Below are positions 25,905 to 36,359 of a DNA stretch of 64,000 nucleotides, in pieces. The stretch is taken from the NCBI GenBank assembly GCA_965215265.1, contig OZ244048.1, positions 3,744,001 through 3,808,000 of the forward strand. Direction: 5' to 3'. Positions within the stretch are counted from its first letter, which is position 1, and each line of letters starts with the position of its first letter. Below the pieces are notes generated by a model. That model was not told the origin of the DNA, did no database searches, and saw only the letters and a program-made list of their open reading frames with translations. Source of the stretch: Candidatus Poribacteria bacterium. GTDB lineage: Bacteria > Poribacteria > WGA-4E > WGA-3G. A program made the translations under genes and the position numbers.

Positions 25905-28361
25905 ATGAAAATAAGATTACAATTCAAACACGTATTTCTTACGTTAACCATCATGCTCGGTTTTTCGCTCTATAGTTTTGCGCAGGAACCGACTATTCTA
26001 AGGCATAGTGGTCGAGTCAACACGGTAGCATTTTCCCCTATGAATTCGTCACTCCTAGCGAGCGGTACTGAACACAACATCATCAAGTTGTGGAATTTGC
26101 GCGAAGAGACTGTCACGACACTCAGAGGGCATACCGGAACAGTTAATTCAGTTGCTTTCTCCCCGGATGGTCAATTGCTCGCTAGTGGCAGTGATGATTG
26201 GACTTTCAAATTGTGGGATGTTAATCAACCCCGAAATATCGCAACCCTTGGGCACATTACAGACCGTACCCGGTCCCAAATCAAGGCAGTCGCTTTCTCG
26301 CCCGATGGACGCCTCTTGGCGACTGCCGGCTGGAACGTAAAATTATGGGATGTCAGCAAGCAGACAGAGATAGCCAACCTTCGAAATGACACATGGGTCT
26401 GGACAGTTGCTTTTTCACACGATGGACAGTACCTCGCTGCTGGAGATGGATCTGGCACCGTCAATATCTGGCATGTTCAGAACAGACAAGTCATCGCCAG
26501 ATTAACCGGCGATACAAATTCTGTCTATTCTGTCAAGTTTTCACCTGATAACCGCCTCTTGGCAAGTTCTGGTTACGAAGGGCATATCAAGTTGTGGGAC
26601 GTAGCAAATTGGGAACTCATCGGCACGCTTTCCAGCACAGGCACAGTCCATGAAATTGATTTTTCCATAGATGGAAAAATGCTTGCCAGTACCGGGCATG
26701 AATCTGTAACCCTCTGGAATGTGGAAAGTGGCGCAAAGATAGCTACACTGACAGAGCATACTGGTTGGGTTACTGGTGTCACTTTTTCACACGACGGAAC
26801 CACACTTGCCAGCGCAGGCGAAGATCAGACAGTGAGAATCCGAAATATTGAAACCTTTTCGCAGATACTACAACAACGAGAGATGATCCGACTGATCTAT
26901 TTTATACCAATCAACCGCCGTCCCCAGAGAGATATAGACACAAAGATAGACACGTTGGTAAAAGACGTGCAGCGATTTTATGCACAACAGATGCAAAGCC
27001 ACGGATTCGGCAGAAAAACCTTTACCTTTGAAACTGATGCAACCGGGAACGCTGTAGTTCATCAGATTAGCGGAAAATTTACTGATCTATATTATCAGCA
27101 GGGAACCTTTGACAAAGTTGTGGAAGAAATTGAGACACGGTTTGATATGTCAAAAAATATATATCTCATTGCAATCGAAGTCAGTAACGAAGCTATTGAC
27201 ATCGAATGGTGCGGTACAGGCGGTGCCAGAGGGGCTAGTGCCGGAATCGCACTCATACCCGCCTCCGGCGCATGTTTTGACCAGATTAGGACAGCAGCAC
27301 ACGAACTCGGACATGCTTTTGGATTGGAACACGATTTCCGGAACGATGCCTATCTCATGTCATACGGCGGCATGAAAGCCCGGCTCTCTTACTGTGCAGC
27401 AGAATGGTTGGATGTTCACCGACTCTTCAACACCTCACACACCTCTTTTAACGAACCTGCAATGATTCAGATGCTGCCACCGGTGGCATATCCAGACAAT
27501 GCGATTCACTTCCGTTTTGAGATTAACGATTCTGATGGGCTCCATCAAGCACAGTTGTTCATCCCCACAACGGCTAGAGATCCTGCGGATGGCATTAAGT
27601 TACACAAGTGTCAGTCCATAACCGGCCAAAGCATCACCGCTGCATTTACCACTACCCAACTCAACGTGAAAGCCGGGACTGAAGTTATACTTAAGGTTAT
27701 TGATGTGCATGGAGGCTTCACACAAGGAACGTATCCAATCTCTGTAAATAAGATGGCACATGTAGATATCAATAGCGATGGAACCGTTGATGTTGCAGAT
27801 CTGATTCTTGTCGCCTCCCATTTCGGCAGCTCGGCAGTCCGCACCGCAAATCCGAATCCGGATATTAACGGGGATGGAGTCATAGATCTGCAAGACCTGC
27901 TATTGGTTGTAGTCGCACTAGAATCCCTGGAAAGTGCTGCTGCGCCCGCTTTAACCGTAGATACTCTACAGAAGTGGCTAATTGAAGCAAAGCAACACAA
28001 TATTGGCGATGAAACATTCCAAAAAGGTATTGCATTGCTTGAACAACTCCTCGCACCGTCAATATCCACAGAGACTGCACTCCTGCATAACTACCCCAAT
28101 CCGTTCAACCCAGAGACGTGGATACCTTATCAACTCGCAAAGGATGCAGATGTCACATTGACCATCTATGCAGCTGATGGTACAGTGGTACGCACTCTGG
28201 CATTAGGGCATCAATCTGCAGGTATCTATCACGGCAAAAGTCGTGCTATGTATTGGGATGGCACGAATGAAATCGGCGAACAGGTCTCCAGCGGGTTCTA
28301 TTTCTATACCCTCACGGCAGGCGATTTCACCGCAACACGGAAAATGCTCATTCTGAAGTAG
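25905..28361 (+). CDS. Secreted WD40-repeat protein with zinc metallopeptidase, dockerin-like and FlgD-Ig domains
   Basis: About 7 WD40 repeats; HELGHAFGLEH plus YLMSY Met-turn; DINSDGTVDVADL / DINGDGVIDLQDL; NYPNPFNPETWIPYQL. Confidence 0.92.
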   Translation: MKIRLQFKHVFLTLTIMLGFSLYSFAQEPTILRHSGRVNTVAFSPMNSSLLASGTEHNIIKLWNLREETVTTLRGHTGTVNSVAFSPDGQLLASGSDDWTFKLWDVNQPRNIATLGHITDRTRSQIKAVAFSPDGRLLATAGWNVKLWDVSKQTEIANLRNDTWVWTVAFSHDGQYLAAGDGSGTVNIWHVQNRQVIARLTGDTNSVYSVKFSPDNRLLASSGYEGHIKLWDVANWELIGTLSSTGTVHEIDFSIDGKMLASTGHESVTLWNVESGAKIATLTEHTGWVTGVTFSHDGTTLASAGEDQTVRIRNIETFSQILQQREMIRLIYFIPINRRPQRDIDTKIDTLVKDVQRFYAQQMQSHGFGRKTFTFETDATGNAVVHQISGKFTDLYYQQGTFDKVVEEIETRFDMSKNIYLIAIEVSNEAIDIEWCGTGGARGASAGIALIPASGACFDQIRTAAHELGHAFGLEHDFRNDAYLMSYGGMKARLSYCAAEWLDVHRLFNTSHTSFNEPAMIQMLPPVAYPDNAIHFRFEINDSDGLHQAQLFIPTTARDPADGIKLHKCQSITGQSITAAFTTTQLNVKAGTEVILKVIDVHGGFTQGTYPISVNKMAHVDINSDGTVDVADLILVASHFGSSAVRTANPNPDINGDGVIDLQDLLLVVVALESLESAAAPALTVDTLQKWLIEAKQHNIGDETFQKGIALLEQLLAPSISTETALLHNYPNPFNPETWIPYQLAKDADVTLTIYAADGTVVRTLALGHQSAGIYHGKSRAMYWDGTNEIGEQVSSGFYFYTLTAGDFTATRKMLILK

Positions 28362-28385
28362 GTTGTTTCTAATTCACCGAATAAC

Positions 28386-28410
28386 GGGCGGATAGCAAAC
28401 ATATCCGCCC
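28386..28410 (+). terminator. Hairpin after the WD40 gene (possible terminator)
   Basis: GGGCGGATA-GCAAACA-TATCCGCCC; weak U tract. Confidence 0.45.
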
Positions 28411-28665
28411 TTACGATTCCAAACAGACAAAACCAGATCTTGCCTACCGGAGCAGCGAAAAACTCTACCACTACGCAAACGCTCTCATCCTATGAATCTT
28501 GTAATCCGATAATATCAAATCAGTTTCACTAAAGCTGGCTTGTTAAATCGCACAGATGGCTGAATCTGCTCTGTTTGCTCTACCGCGTTATGATGCAGGT
28601 AAACCGCTTGACAAAAAAACGGAACCGCCTTAAAATTCATGAAAAACCTGAATTGGAGCACACGA

Positions 28666-29475
28666 ATGAAATTAGCGATATGCAACGAAATGTTTGAGAA
28701 TTGGAAAATTGAGGACGTTTTCACCTACACCGCCGAACTCGGCTACGATGCTGTCGAAATTGCCCCCTTTACGTTGGCAGACTCCGTGTTAGACATTAGC
28801 CAAGCCGAACGTACACGCATCCGAAAAGCCGCCGACACCGCGAAGATAGAAATTGCAGGACTCCACTGGCTGCTTGTCTCTCCTCCCGGCCTCTATATTA
28901 ACCATCCAGATGCAGAAATCCGCAACGAAACACGGGACTATTTCCTCGCACTGATTGAGCTGTGTGCCGACCTCGGCGGGCGTGTCATGGTCATCGGCTC
29001 ACCGCAGCAGCGAAATGTCATCAACCCCCTGACCTTTGAAGAAGCATGGGATTATGCACACGATACCTTCACAGCAAGTGCGCAACTCGCCGCCGATAAA
29101 AACGTGATGCTCTGTCTCGAACCTTTATCCAGCGATCAGACCAACTTTATCACAAACCCCGATAAAGCCGTCGAAATGGTGAACGCCGTCAATCATCCTA
29201 ATTTTCAGATGATCCTGGATGTTTGCAGCACCGCAAAAGAGGGGTTGGACATGCCAGTACAGATTCATAACTGCGCCCAACACATCGCGCACTTCCACTC
29301 CAATGATGACAACGGCTATCTCCCGGGCTCCGGCAATGTAGACTACCCACCTATTATTGAAGCATTAAAGGCCATCCATTACAAAGGCTATGTCTCAACT
29401 GAAGTTTTTGACTTCAAACCTGATCCGCAGACCATCGCGAAACGGAGTTTTGAATTCCTCAATGCCCTCATTTAG
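28666..29475 (+). CDS. Sugar phosphate isomerase/epimerase (TIM barrel, D-psicose 3-epimerase-like)
   Basis: GYDAVEIAP, CLEPL, ILDV, HFHSND..PGSG, YVSTEVFD. Confidence 0.9.
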   Translation: MKLAICNEMFENWKIEDVFTYTAELGYDAVEIAPFTLADSVLDISQAERTRIRKAADTAKIEIAGLHWLLVSPPGLYINHPDAEIRNETRDYFLALIELCADLGGRVMVIGSPQQRNVINPLTFEEAWDYAHDTFTASAQLAADKNVMLCLEPLSSDQTNFITNPDKAVEMVNAVNHPNFQMILDVCSTAKEGLDMPVQIHNCAQHIAHFHSNDDNGYLPGSGNVDYPPIIEALKAIHYKGYVSTEVFDFKPDPQTIAKRSFEFLNALI

Positions 29476-29505
29476 CAAAAAAGGAAAGAAGGAAAGAAGG
29501 AAAGT

Positions 29506-31083
29506 ATGAATAGCGATATCCACCAATGCTACAACGCCTACACTGCACTCAGGACAGAAATGGGCCGTTGGCTCAAACAGAGCATGCTCCTCGATCCGCC
29601 CGGACCCAATCAGGGTGGCGAAGACGAAGCAAACTATGCGCTCGCCTGGTTCCCACACTATCTCATCACCGGCGATGAAACCGTCAGTCAACACTTTAAA
29701 GCCCTCAAAGCCGCACTCTACGGCTGGGTGCAACGCAGTTGTGTACATGGATATGAACCCAAAGCAGAGGCGCATCATGGCCCAGAACCGTTTCTGCTCT
29801 TTCTCCCGCGCTATATCGGCATAAAACCAGAAGATACCGAAGCCGTTGCAATGTTAACAGATGCCGCCGAGCACTGCGGAAACTGGGTACCCGAAATCCC
29901 ACCATGGTACGATTATACACGTGATACCTTTATCGGATACAACATCGGAACCCGATTTGTAGAAAACGACTCAAGTAACGCCTATGAATTAGCAGAACAC
30001 TTCCGATTTATTCACATTGCCCTCGCTGCATACCGCGTTACTGGCCAAGAAAGATACTTAGAATGGGCATTGCGCTACGGTAAGAAACGCGCCGAACGCA
30101 TCAGCGAAGCACCAGAACCGATGCCACTCCTATGGCAACTGAATGGGCAACCCATCAGCGAAGCGCAAGTCAACGCAAAAAATTTACATCGATTGGTTGC
30201 AAGCACACACCATATACCAGGAGATCCACTCGCAGGTATTGAGAACCTACTCGCCTCCGGTGCCATTTACGTCTTTGGAGATCTCTACCGATTATCTGCA
30301 GAGTCCATCTTCCAAACCGCTGCAAAACGCATCGTTGAACCCCTTGTCGATTCCCTACAAGATCCGTACAACGAGCCCGCCGCAGCCGCCCTCAGTTACT
30401 ACCGTTGGACATTCAATGATACGACCTATGATTCTGCCATTCATACTGCCGTTCAAGAACTTCCGACATCACCACCTGAACTGCTCGCCCTCATCATTCC
30501 GCAAGAAATCCGACGGCGCGAACCAGGTGTCGGCAAACGTGCCGATATGGCATATTGGGGCGAATGGTCCGATGACGGCTCAGTCAAACCCATTCAGGAA
30601 CCCTCAACCGCAACGTTGACACTTGCCTATCAGGTAACAGGGGACTTGTCATTTGCAGTGCGTGCATTACGAAACGCAGCAGCACGGCTTACTATTGCAA
30701 GACGCGTCTTGCGTGGAGGCAGAGAACATGCAGATATGGGCAGCGCGGTCTGCTCCGTCGCCGCCGGCCACGGACGAAATTGGGGACAAGGCTCGGTTAC
30801 AACTTGCTATGGACCCCTCTTGCTCGGTACACGCGAAATCTTGAGTGAAGTAACGCCCCTCTTAAGCATCAAACAGCAGAACGGAAAACCTTATCTGCCA
30901 ACCACACTCCTTTCACTCGTACGCCCTATTCTCGGTAAAGAAGACGGCGCTTCTGTACTATTCTACAACAGTGGAAAATTACCTCTCACATTCCGGTGGT
31001 TGCTGCAAATTAGTGAAGATAAGGAGTGGTCTGAACTGACCGTCGAACCCGGGCAGATTCAACATAAAATAGTCACAAGGTAA
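29506..31083 (+). CDS. Hypothetical protein, probable alpha/alpha-toroid carbohydrate-active enzyme
   Basis: 525-aa ORF downstream of the epimerase; AYRVTGQERYLEWA and AYQVTGD helical-hairpin motifs. Confidence 0.6.
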   Translation: MNSDIHQCYNAYTALRTEMGRWLKQSMLLDPPGPNQGGEDEANYALAWFPHYLITGDETVSQHFKALKAALYGWVQRSCVHGYEPKAEAHHGPEPFLLFLPRYIGIKPEDTEAVAMLTDAAEHCGNWVPEIPPWYDYTRDTFIGYNIGTRFVENDSSNAYELAEHFRFIHIALAAYRVTGQERYLEWALRYGKKRAERISEAPEPMPLLWQLNGQPISEAQVNAKNLHRLVASTHHIPGDPLAGIENLLASGAIYVFGDLYRLSAESIFQTAAKRIVEPLVDSLQDPYNEPAAAALSYYRWTFNDTTYDSAIHTAVQELPTSPPELLALIIPQEIRRREPGVGKRADMAYWGEWSDDGSVKPIQEPSTATLTLAYQVTGDLSFAVRALRNAAARLTIARRVLRGGREHADMGSAVCSVAAGHGRNWGQGSVTTCYGPLLLGTREILSEVTPLLSIKQQNGKPYLPTTLLSLVRPILGKEDGASVLFYNSGKLPLTFRWLLQISEDKEWSELTVEPGQIQHKIVTR

Positions 31084-31318
31084 AAATTTCATTTAACCGC
31101 TGCTCATAGCCTGCTGACTCTTAGCCATAAGTTAACGCAGCACTATAAGGAGACTGCTCCGACAACTCGGCTGTCTGAATCTTGGTTTATCTGATAGTCT
31201 GCTATTTTCGGAGAACGGCTCGCGAAACTCTGTCTCAATCGCGGATTTTCACCGGTGACACCGATGGTACGGCTTTTACAAATTTTTGCACTGCACCGCT
31301 TTTCACATCAATATCAGG

Positions 31319-32131
31319 CTATCCACCTATATACTGCACGATTAATTGCAAATCCTGAATGTTCACAATTCCATCGTTGTTCACATCTGCCTCCGGATCT
31401 TCCGTCCCTATACGCACAGACACAAACGTCAGATCCAATATATTGACAACGCCATCACCTGTTACGTCATAAAGCAGGTTGGAACTTACCAATTCAAATA
31501 CAATATCCTGATCTGTCTGAAATTTAACGGGTCCTACATCCGGTGCTAACCACTGATAGAAGGTTGAACGGCTTATTATAAAAGCAGAAACCGTTCTTGA
31601 GCGCAACCGAATTTTGAAGCAGTCTTTGAAGGTCCCCGTTGGTGTCACCACGTCCTCCAACGCGACAACTTCAGCAACGGTGGTTAACTTTACCGGCCCT
31701 AACAGATTCACTTCTGTTGACGCTGCAATCTCCCATGTGTCGCCGAGTCTGAGTGGAAACGGAAAAAACACCGCAGGCGGTGAAAACGCTACACTCGCTT
31801 CGCCGAACACTGAGTCGGGCTCGACAACCAGTTTATGGAGTTTAACGCCCTCGCTATCGCGTTCTACAAAGGATAGCGTGGTAGTCGATGCGTCCACCCC
31901 AAGGGTTTCCGAGGTCATTTTAAGCTTCCTCACCTCTGGATTTCCGGGAAAATCGTCGCCTGCCTCTTCAAGCGTGTAAGTGACCCGCTGCGTACCATCC
32001 AGGCTCTCTAAGACCCAGACATTGCTGAGCTGCATCGGATAATAATTCGGGGCCGCTGATGAAACGCTACACACAAACATCAACATAAGCATCACCTTTT
32101 TCCGCAATACAACTATAAACACTCCGCTCAT
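31319..32131 (-). CDS. Secreted beta-rich (DUF3108/TapB-like) protein with dockerin-like domain
   Basis: SD GGAGG before ATG 32131; NYYP...WVLES.DG, V.TPxGTF.DC.K, QWLAPDVGPVK; DVTGDGVVNILDL. Confidence 0.8.
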   Translation of the reverse strand: MSGVFIVVLRKKVMLMLMFVCSVSSAAPNYYPMQLSNVWVLESLDGTQRVTYTLEEAGDDFPGNPEVRKLKMTSETLGVDASTTTLSFVERDSEGVKLHKLVVEPDSVFGEASVAFSPPAVFFPFPLRLGDTWEIAASTEVNLLGPVKLTTVAEVVALEDVVTPTGTFKDCFKIRLRSRTVSAFIISRSTFYQWLAPDVGPVKFQTDQDIVFELVSSNLLYDVTGDGVVNILDLTFVSVRIGTEDPEADVNNDGIVNIQDLQLIVQYIGG

Positions 32132-32146
32132 CTGTTCCTCCCTCAG

Positions 32147-32200
32147 TAAAAAAATGCCCCGATGCATCGGCAAACCGGTGGCATCGGGGCGTTCAAAGCA
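32147..32200 (-). terminator. Intrinsic terminator
   Basis: Minus strand GCCCCGATGC..CCGGTTTGCCGA..GCATCGGGGC followed by ATTTTTTTT. Confidence 0.75.
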
Positions 32201-32226
32201 GGACATCCTGCACGCTCAGGTTGTAC

Positions 32227-33999
32227 CTACTTGAGGATAACCATCTTGCGAGTGGCTGCAAAATCCTGCGTACGAAGCGTATAGAAATACGTTCCGCTTG
32301 AGACAGGCTCCCCTATCTCATTTTTGCCATCCCAATATATTGCACGGGAAGTAGTCATGTAAGAACCAGCCGCCTGCCACCCTATATCTAACGTCCGAAC
32401 CAAACGGCCCGAGATGTCATAAATCTGAATTGTCACCTCAGCAGCTTCATTCAGTTGATACGGAATCCACGTCTCCGGGTTAAACGGGTTGGGGAAATTT
32501 TGTGCCAGAGCCGTCGTCTTGGGCTGTAAATCGCCGACGCGTAATTGTACGTTCAGATAGGCGTTCCGTATATCGGTTGTGGACACTGTCCGCTGGAAGG
32601 GGCCGGAGACAATGTTACCATGTTCATCGTAGAGCGTAACCTCCAGTTTATCACCGGCTTCAACAACACTCTTCCGGTTTAAATCTGCCCATGCCGCAGA
32701 GACATCCTTCACATCACTGTTAACTCTTTCAGTGGCAACGGCACCTGTACGTAGATTTTCGGCAACAACAACGTACGATGTACCAGCTACCATCTCCTGC
32801 AAATCACTCGTGAGAACAAATGCCCACGTGGTTTTAACCGTCGAAACAGCAGGCGCTGCAGCATCTGATTCGGCAGATTCGGAAGGCGATGCTATTTGCG
32901 TATTCGACCACGCCGAACCCGTGAATGTCACCATGCCGCCCGCTGGCGTATTAACGATATAGCCAAGGTCACCACCGATTGCGAAACCGTCGTCTTCTTC
33001 TGCAACAGAGTAAGCTACGAACGACTTACTGGCTGCATTTAACTTGATGACAACCGTTGAACCCAACATATTTGCAAGCGATTTAGCTGTATAAGGTTCC
33101 GCAGGCATAAGTGGAACGGAAATCAGGTTCAAACCCGATTCCAGCGAAAGCGTAAAACTGGAACTAGCAGGTCGAACAGGCTGTTCTGCCGGTTCCTCTG
33201 TGACGACAGGTGCCTCTTCAGTGGGCTCTTCTATGACAACAGGTTCTTCCACTGCAGGTTCCACCTCCGCTGTAGGTTCTTCTGGGACGGCCACTTCTTC
33301 AGCGAGTTCCTCTGTGACGACAGGCACCTCAGTAGGTGCCTCTTCAATAATATTGAAACTTGTTAATTCATATACAACATTCTGGTCATTTTGATATTTG
33401 ACGGGCCCAACATCCGGTGCCAACCATTGGTAGGCGGTTGAGCGAGTTGTTACAAGGCGCGTCACAACTTTTCGTTTCAGCTCAATCTTGACACAGTTAT
33501 CAAACGTACCTGCCGGGGTTTGAACCGTCTCAACCGCAACAACTTCGGCATTGGTGGTACTAGTGGTAGCGCCGACTAAAGCGAGCTCTGTCTCTGCGAC
33601 AATTTCCCAGGCAGCGCCGACGGGTAATGCTGTGGGGAAAAAAACCGCTGGCGGAGAAAACACGGCTTCCGCAATGCCGAATGCACCTTCATCTGTAACC
33701 GATTGATGCAGATTAATACCCGCCGCGTCAACAGTCACATAATAGTTGTCGATATCAGATGCGTCTGTGCCGGGTACCTCCGTTTTAATTTTGAGGCGGA
33801 TAATTCCTTCACTAACATCAATGTCTGGTTCTTCAAGTGAATAGCTGCGGAGCTCAAACCCATCGGTACTCGTTAAAACCCATACATTGCCGATAGCTGG
33901 CGGGTAATAAGTCTGTGCTATCGTCGTAAACGTGAAACTACACATAAGGCTTAACACCAGAATCGGCATCAGCCAACGTGCAAATGCAGTATCTTTCAT
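32227..33999 (-). CDS. Secreted paralog with acidic EEP linker and FlgD-Ig C-terminal domain
   Basis: Same N-terminal domain (YYP..IGNVWVL, QWLAPDVGPVKY); GLNLISVPL; NFPNPFNPETWIPYQL. Confidence 0.88.
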   Translation of the reverse strand: MKDTAFARWLMPILVLSLMCSFTFTTIAQTYYPPAIGNVWVLTSTDGFELRSYSLEEPDIDVSEGIIRLKIKTEVPGTDASDIDNYYVTVDAAGINLHQSVTDEGAFGIAEAVFSPPAVFFPTALPVGAAWEIVAETELALVGATTSTTNAEVVAVETVQTPAGTFDNCVKIELKRKVVTRLVTTRSTAYQWLAPDVGPVKYQNDQNVVYELTSFNIIEEAPTEVPVVTEELAEEVAVPEEPTAEVEPAVEEPVVIEEPTEEAPVVTEEPAEQPVRPASSSFTLSLESGLNLISVPLMPAEPYTAKSLANMLGSTVVIKLNAASKSFVAYSVAEEDDGFAIGGDLGYIVNTPAGGMVTFTGSAWSNTQIASPSESAESDAAAPAVSTVKTTWAFVLTSDLQEMVAGTSYVVVAENLRTGAVATERVNSDVKDVSAAWADLNRKSVVEAGDKLEVTLYDEHGNIVSGPFQRTVSTTDIRNAYLNVQLRVGDLQPKTTALAQNFPNPFNPETWIPYQLNEAAEVTIQIYDISGRLVRTLDIGWQAAGSYMTTSRAIYWDGKNEIGEPVSSGTYFYTLRTQDFAATRKMVILK

Positions 34000-34081
34000 A
34001 TTTCAAATCTCCTTTTAAAAAATCAACGTGAGAATAGGACGCAAACCTATTTGCACCTATACTTTTTCCTGTCGAAGCAAT

Positions 34082-34255
34082 CTAACGTCCACCTACACCC
34101 ATTGGCAACCGCACCTGATTGTGATAGGGTGCTATCCAGCCTTGCGGAGAGATATCGTCCTGCTCCCGCACGTAACGATACCCAAACCACATGCCTATAA
34201 CGGTTAGCAAAATAACGATGATGATAACAACTAATGCTACTTTCCAAGTTACCAT
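34082..34255 (-). CDS. Small single-pass membrane protein
   Basis: MVTWKVALVVIIIVILLTVIGMWFGYRY...; the ORF could extend to 34444. Confidence 0.45.
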   Translation of the reverse strand: MVTWKVALVVIIIVILLTVIGMWFGYRYVREQDDISPQGWIAPYHNQVRLPMGVGGR

Positions 34256-34553
34256 AGTGTTCTTTTCCAGAACTCGTCTGATAATTGATGCACTATACAG
34301 TTTAGCCTCCGACACATCTGATGCAATTTCGCCCATCGTCTTTGACGTTAACTTCAATAGCGCATTAACTTTTTGAGAGTATTGCCTTATAGTATAGATG
34401 TCCGCATAACGAAACAAGACTACGATATTGGAGCCTGTTTTCATAGCGGTTCATAGGCTCCCAAAAATGTATGCCTTCCCACAATTGTTTGTTCTATCTT
34501 TATCTAAATACTCTCTTTTTTTATTATACATGATGTATTTTCTATTTTCAAGA

Positions 34554-35399
34554 TTAATTTCCAAAATCCTTGGCAACGAGTACTAAATCCAGAATGTTGA
34601 CAGTGCCATCAGCATTAACATCAGCAGCCGCATCGTTCCCCTCGAACCGGGAAGCTACGAACACTAAATCCAAGATGTCAACCACACCATCACCCGTCAC
34701 GTCAGACCGCGGCACTTCTTCTTCCTCTTTCAGTAGATTAGAATTCACCAGTTCAAACACAATTCCATCGCTGTTTTCATATTTCACGGGGCCCACATCA
34801 GGTGCTAACCACTGATAGGAAGTGGCATCGAGCCTTAGAAACGGAGAGCTCACACGCTGCGCCAACGCAACCTTGACACATGCCTCAAATATTCCCACCG
34901 GGGTTTCAACATCCTCAACAGCAATGACTTCTACATCGGTGGTGCTGGTAACCAAAATCTCTCTTCCCGGCAGTAGTTCTGTCAACCTTATCTCAGCCAC
35001 TATCTTCCACATATCTCCTACCGTCAAAAGCAGTGGGAAGAAAGTGGCCGGTGGAGAAAATTTTGCTGGAACAATTCCTAAAACGCCTTCGTCAAACACA
35101 GTTTGATGCAATAGGAGCTCTTCGTCCGTAAGACTCACAAAATACTGGTCAATGTCAACCGAGTCTAACTCCGGGCCCTCATTTTTAATTTCCAGAAGCG
35201 TGAGCTCTTCACCATCAATAATCTCGGTTCTCTCAACGGTATAGGTACGCCGGTTTTCACCATCCGCACTCTCTAAAACCCACGTATTACCGATAGCTGA
35301 AGGATAATAATTTTGTCCGGCGGCTGTCCATACGAAGCCGCACATAAAAATAACTGTTAGCGAAAATATAAAGCGGGTATTCCTCATAATATAATTCAA
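34554..35399 (-). CDS. Secreted paralog with dockerin-like domain
   Basis: QNYYPSAIGNTWVLES, QWLAPDVGPVKY, DVTGDGVVDILDL, DVNADGTVNILDL; start may be ATG 35387. Confidence 0.88.
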   Translation of the reverse strand: MNYIMRNTRFIFSLTVIFMCGFVWTAAGQNYYPSAIGNTWVLESADGENRRTYTVERTEIIDGEELTLLEIKNEGPELDSVDIDQYFVSLTDEELLLHQTVFDEGVLGIVPAKFSPPATFFPLLLTVGDMWKIVAEIRLTELLPGREILVTSTTDVEVIAVEDVETPVGIFEACVKVALAQRVSSPFLRLDATSYQWLAPDVGPVKYENSDGIVFELVNSNLLKEEEEVPRSDVTGDGVVDILDLVFVASRFEGNDAAADVNADGTVNILDLVLVAKDFGN

Positions 35400-35604
35400 T
35401 CCTCGTTTGACTTCCTGTCTACTGAGAGCTGATGCATTACATTACCAGCATCGGATATGAATACCAAACCCCGTCTCACCCAAGCAGTAGACAAAAAACT
35501 TGATTTTTTCCAGACTCCGTGTCATAATAAGCATATTTTACCACAATTATTGTAGATTTTCAATAAAAAACGTACGGAATTCAATGTCTATAGGAGAAAC
35601 ATAA

Positions 35605-36336
35605 ATGCGATTGAAAGGACGCGTAGCAATTGTGACAGGCGGGGGCGGCGGAATTGGAAAAGCCACCTGCCTCACCTTCGCACGTGAAGGCGCGCATATT
35701 GTCATTCCCGAAGTCAATCTCGCAAACGCGGAGGCAGTCGCTGCTGAAATTGCTGCCCTCGGTCGGCAATGCAGCGTTATTGAAACCGACGTATCCGATG
35801 GCAGATCCGTCCGCGCAATGGTTCAGCAAACGCTCAGCACTTTTGAGCGCATCGATATCCTAGTTAACAATGCCGGCATTTTCAGTTACACCCGTATAGA
35901 TGAATGCACCGAAGAAGAGTGGGACCGGATGATGGCTGTTAATCTCAAGGGACCGTTTCTCTGTTCACAAGCCGTCATGGAGACTATGAAGACACAACGG
36001 TTCGGGCGAATCATCAACCTCGGTTCTTTGGCGGGACAAGTCGGCGGCATTGTCGCCTCCGCCCCTTACTCCGCATCAAAAGCCGGCGTGATGTGCCTCA
36101 CCAAATCCCTCGCTCGTATTTTAGGCGAATACGGGGTTACAGTCAACTCTATCGCACCGGGAGTCGCCGCCACAGAAATGGCGAAAAATCATCCCGATAT
36201 GACTGATCAGATTCCTCTCGGACGTGTCGCTAATGCCGCTGAAATCGCAAGTACCATTCTCTTTCTCGCCTCCCAGGACGGTTGTTACGTCACCGGGGCA
36301 ACACTTGATGTCAACGGCGGGATACGGATGGCATAG
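35605..36336 (+). CDS. SDR family oxidoreductase (FabG-like)
   Basis: TGGGGGIG, NNAG, YSASK, DVNGG. Confidence 0.95.
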   Translation: MRLKGRVAIVTGGGGGIGKATCLTFAREGAHIVIPEVNLANAEAVAAEIAALGRQCSVIETDVSDGRSVRAMVQQTLSTFERIDILVNNAGIFSYTRIDECTEEEWDRMMAVNLKGPFLCSQAVMETMKTQRFGRIINLGSLAGQVGGIVASAPYSASKAGVMCLTKSLARILGEYGVTVNSIAPGVAATEMAKNHPDMTDQIPLGRVANAAEIASTILFLASQDGCYVTGATLDVNGGIRMA

Positions 36337-36359
36337 AAATTATCTGAAAGGAGAAATCC

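Noticed and set aside
32150-32205. GGCAAACC suggesting a c-di-GMP-I riboswitch
   Set aside because: The second stem and tetraloop-receptor elements are absent; it is explained as a minus-strand intrinsic terminator.
33180-33345. Repetitive DNA in the 590-aa gene
   Set aside because: Ordinary low-complexity EEP/VVTEE linker coding sequence.
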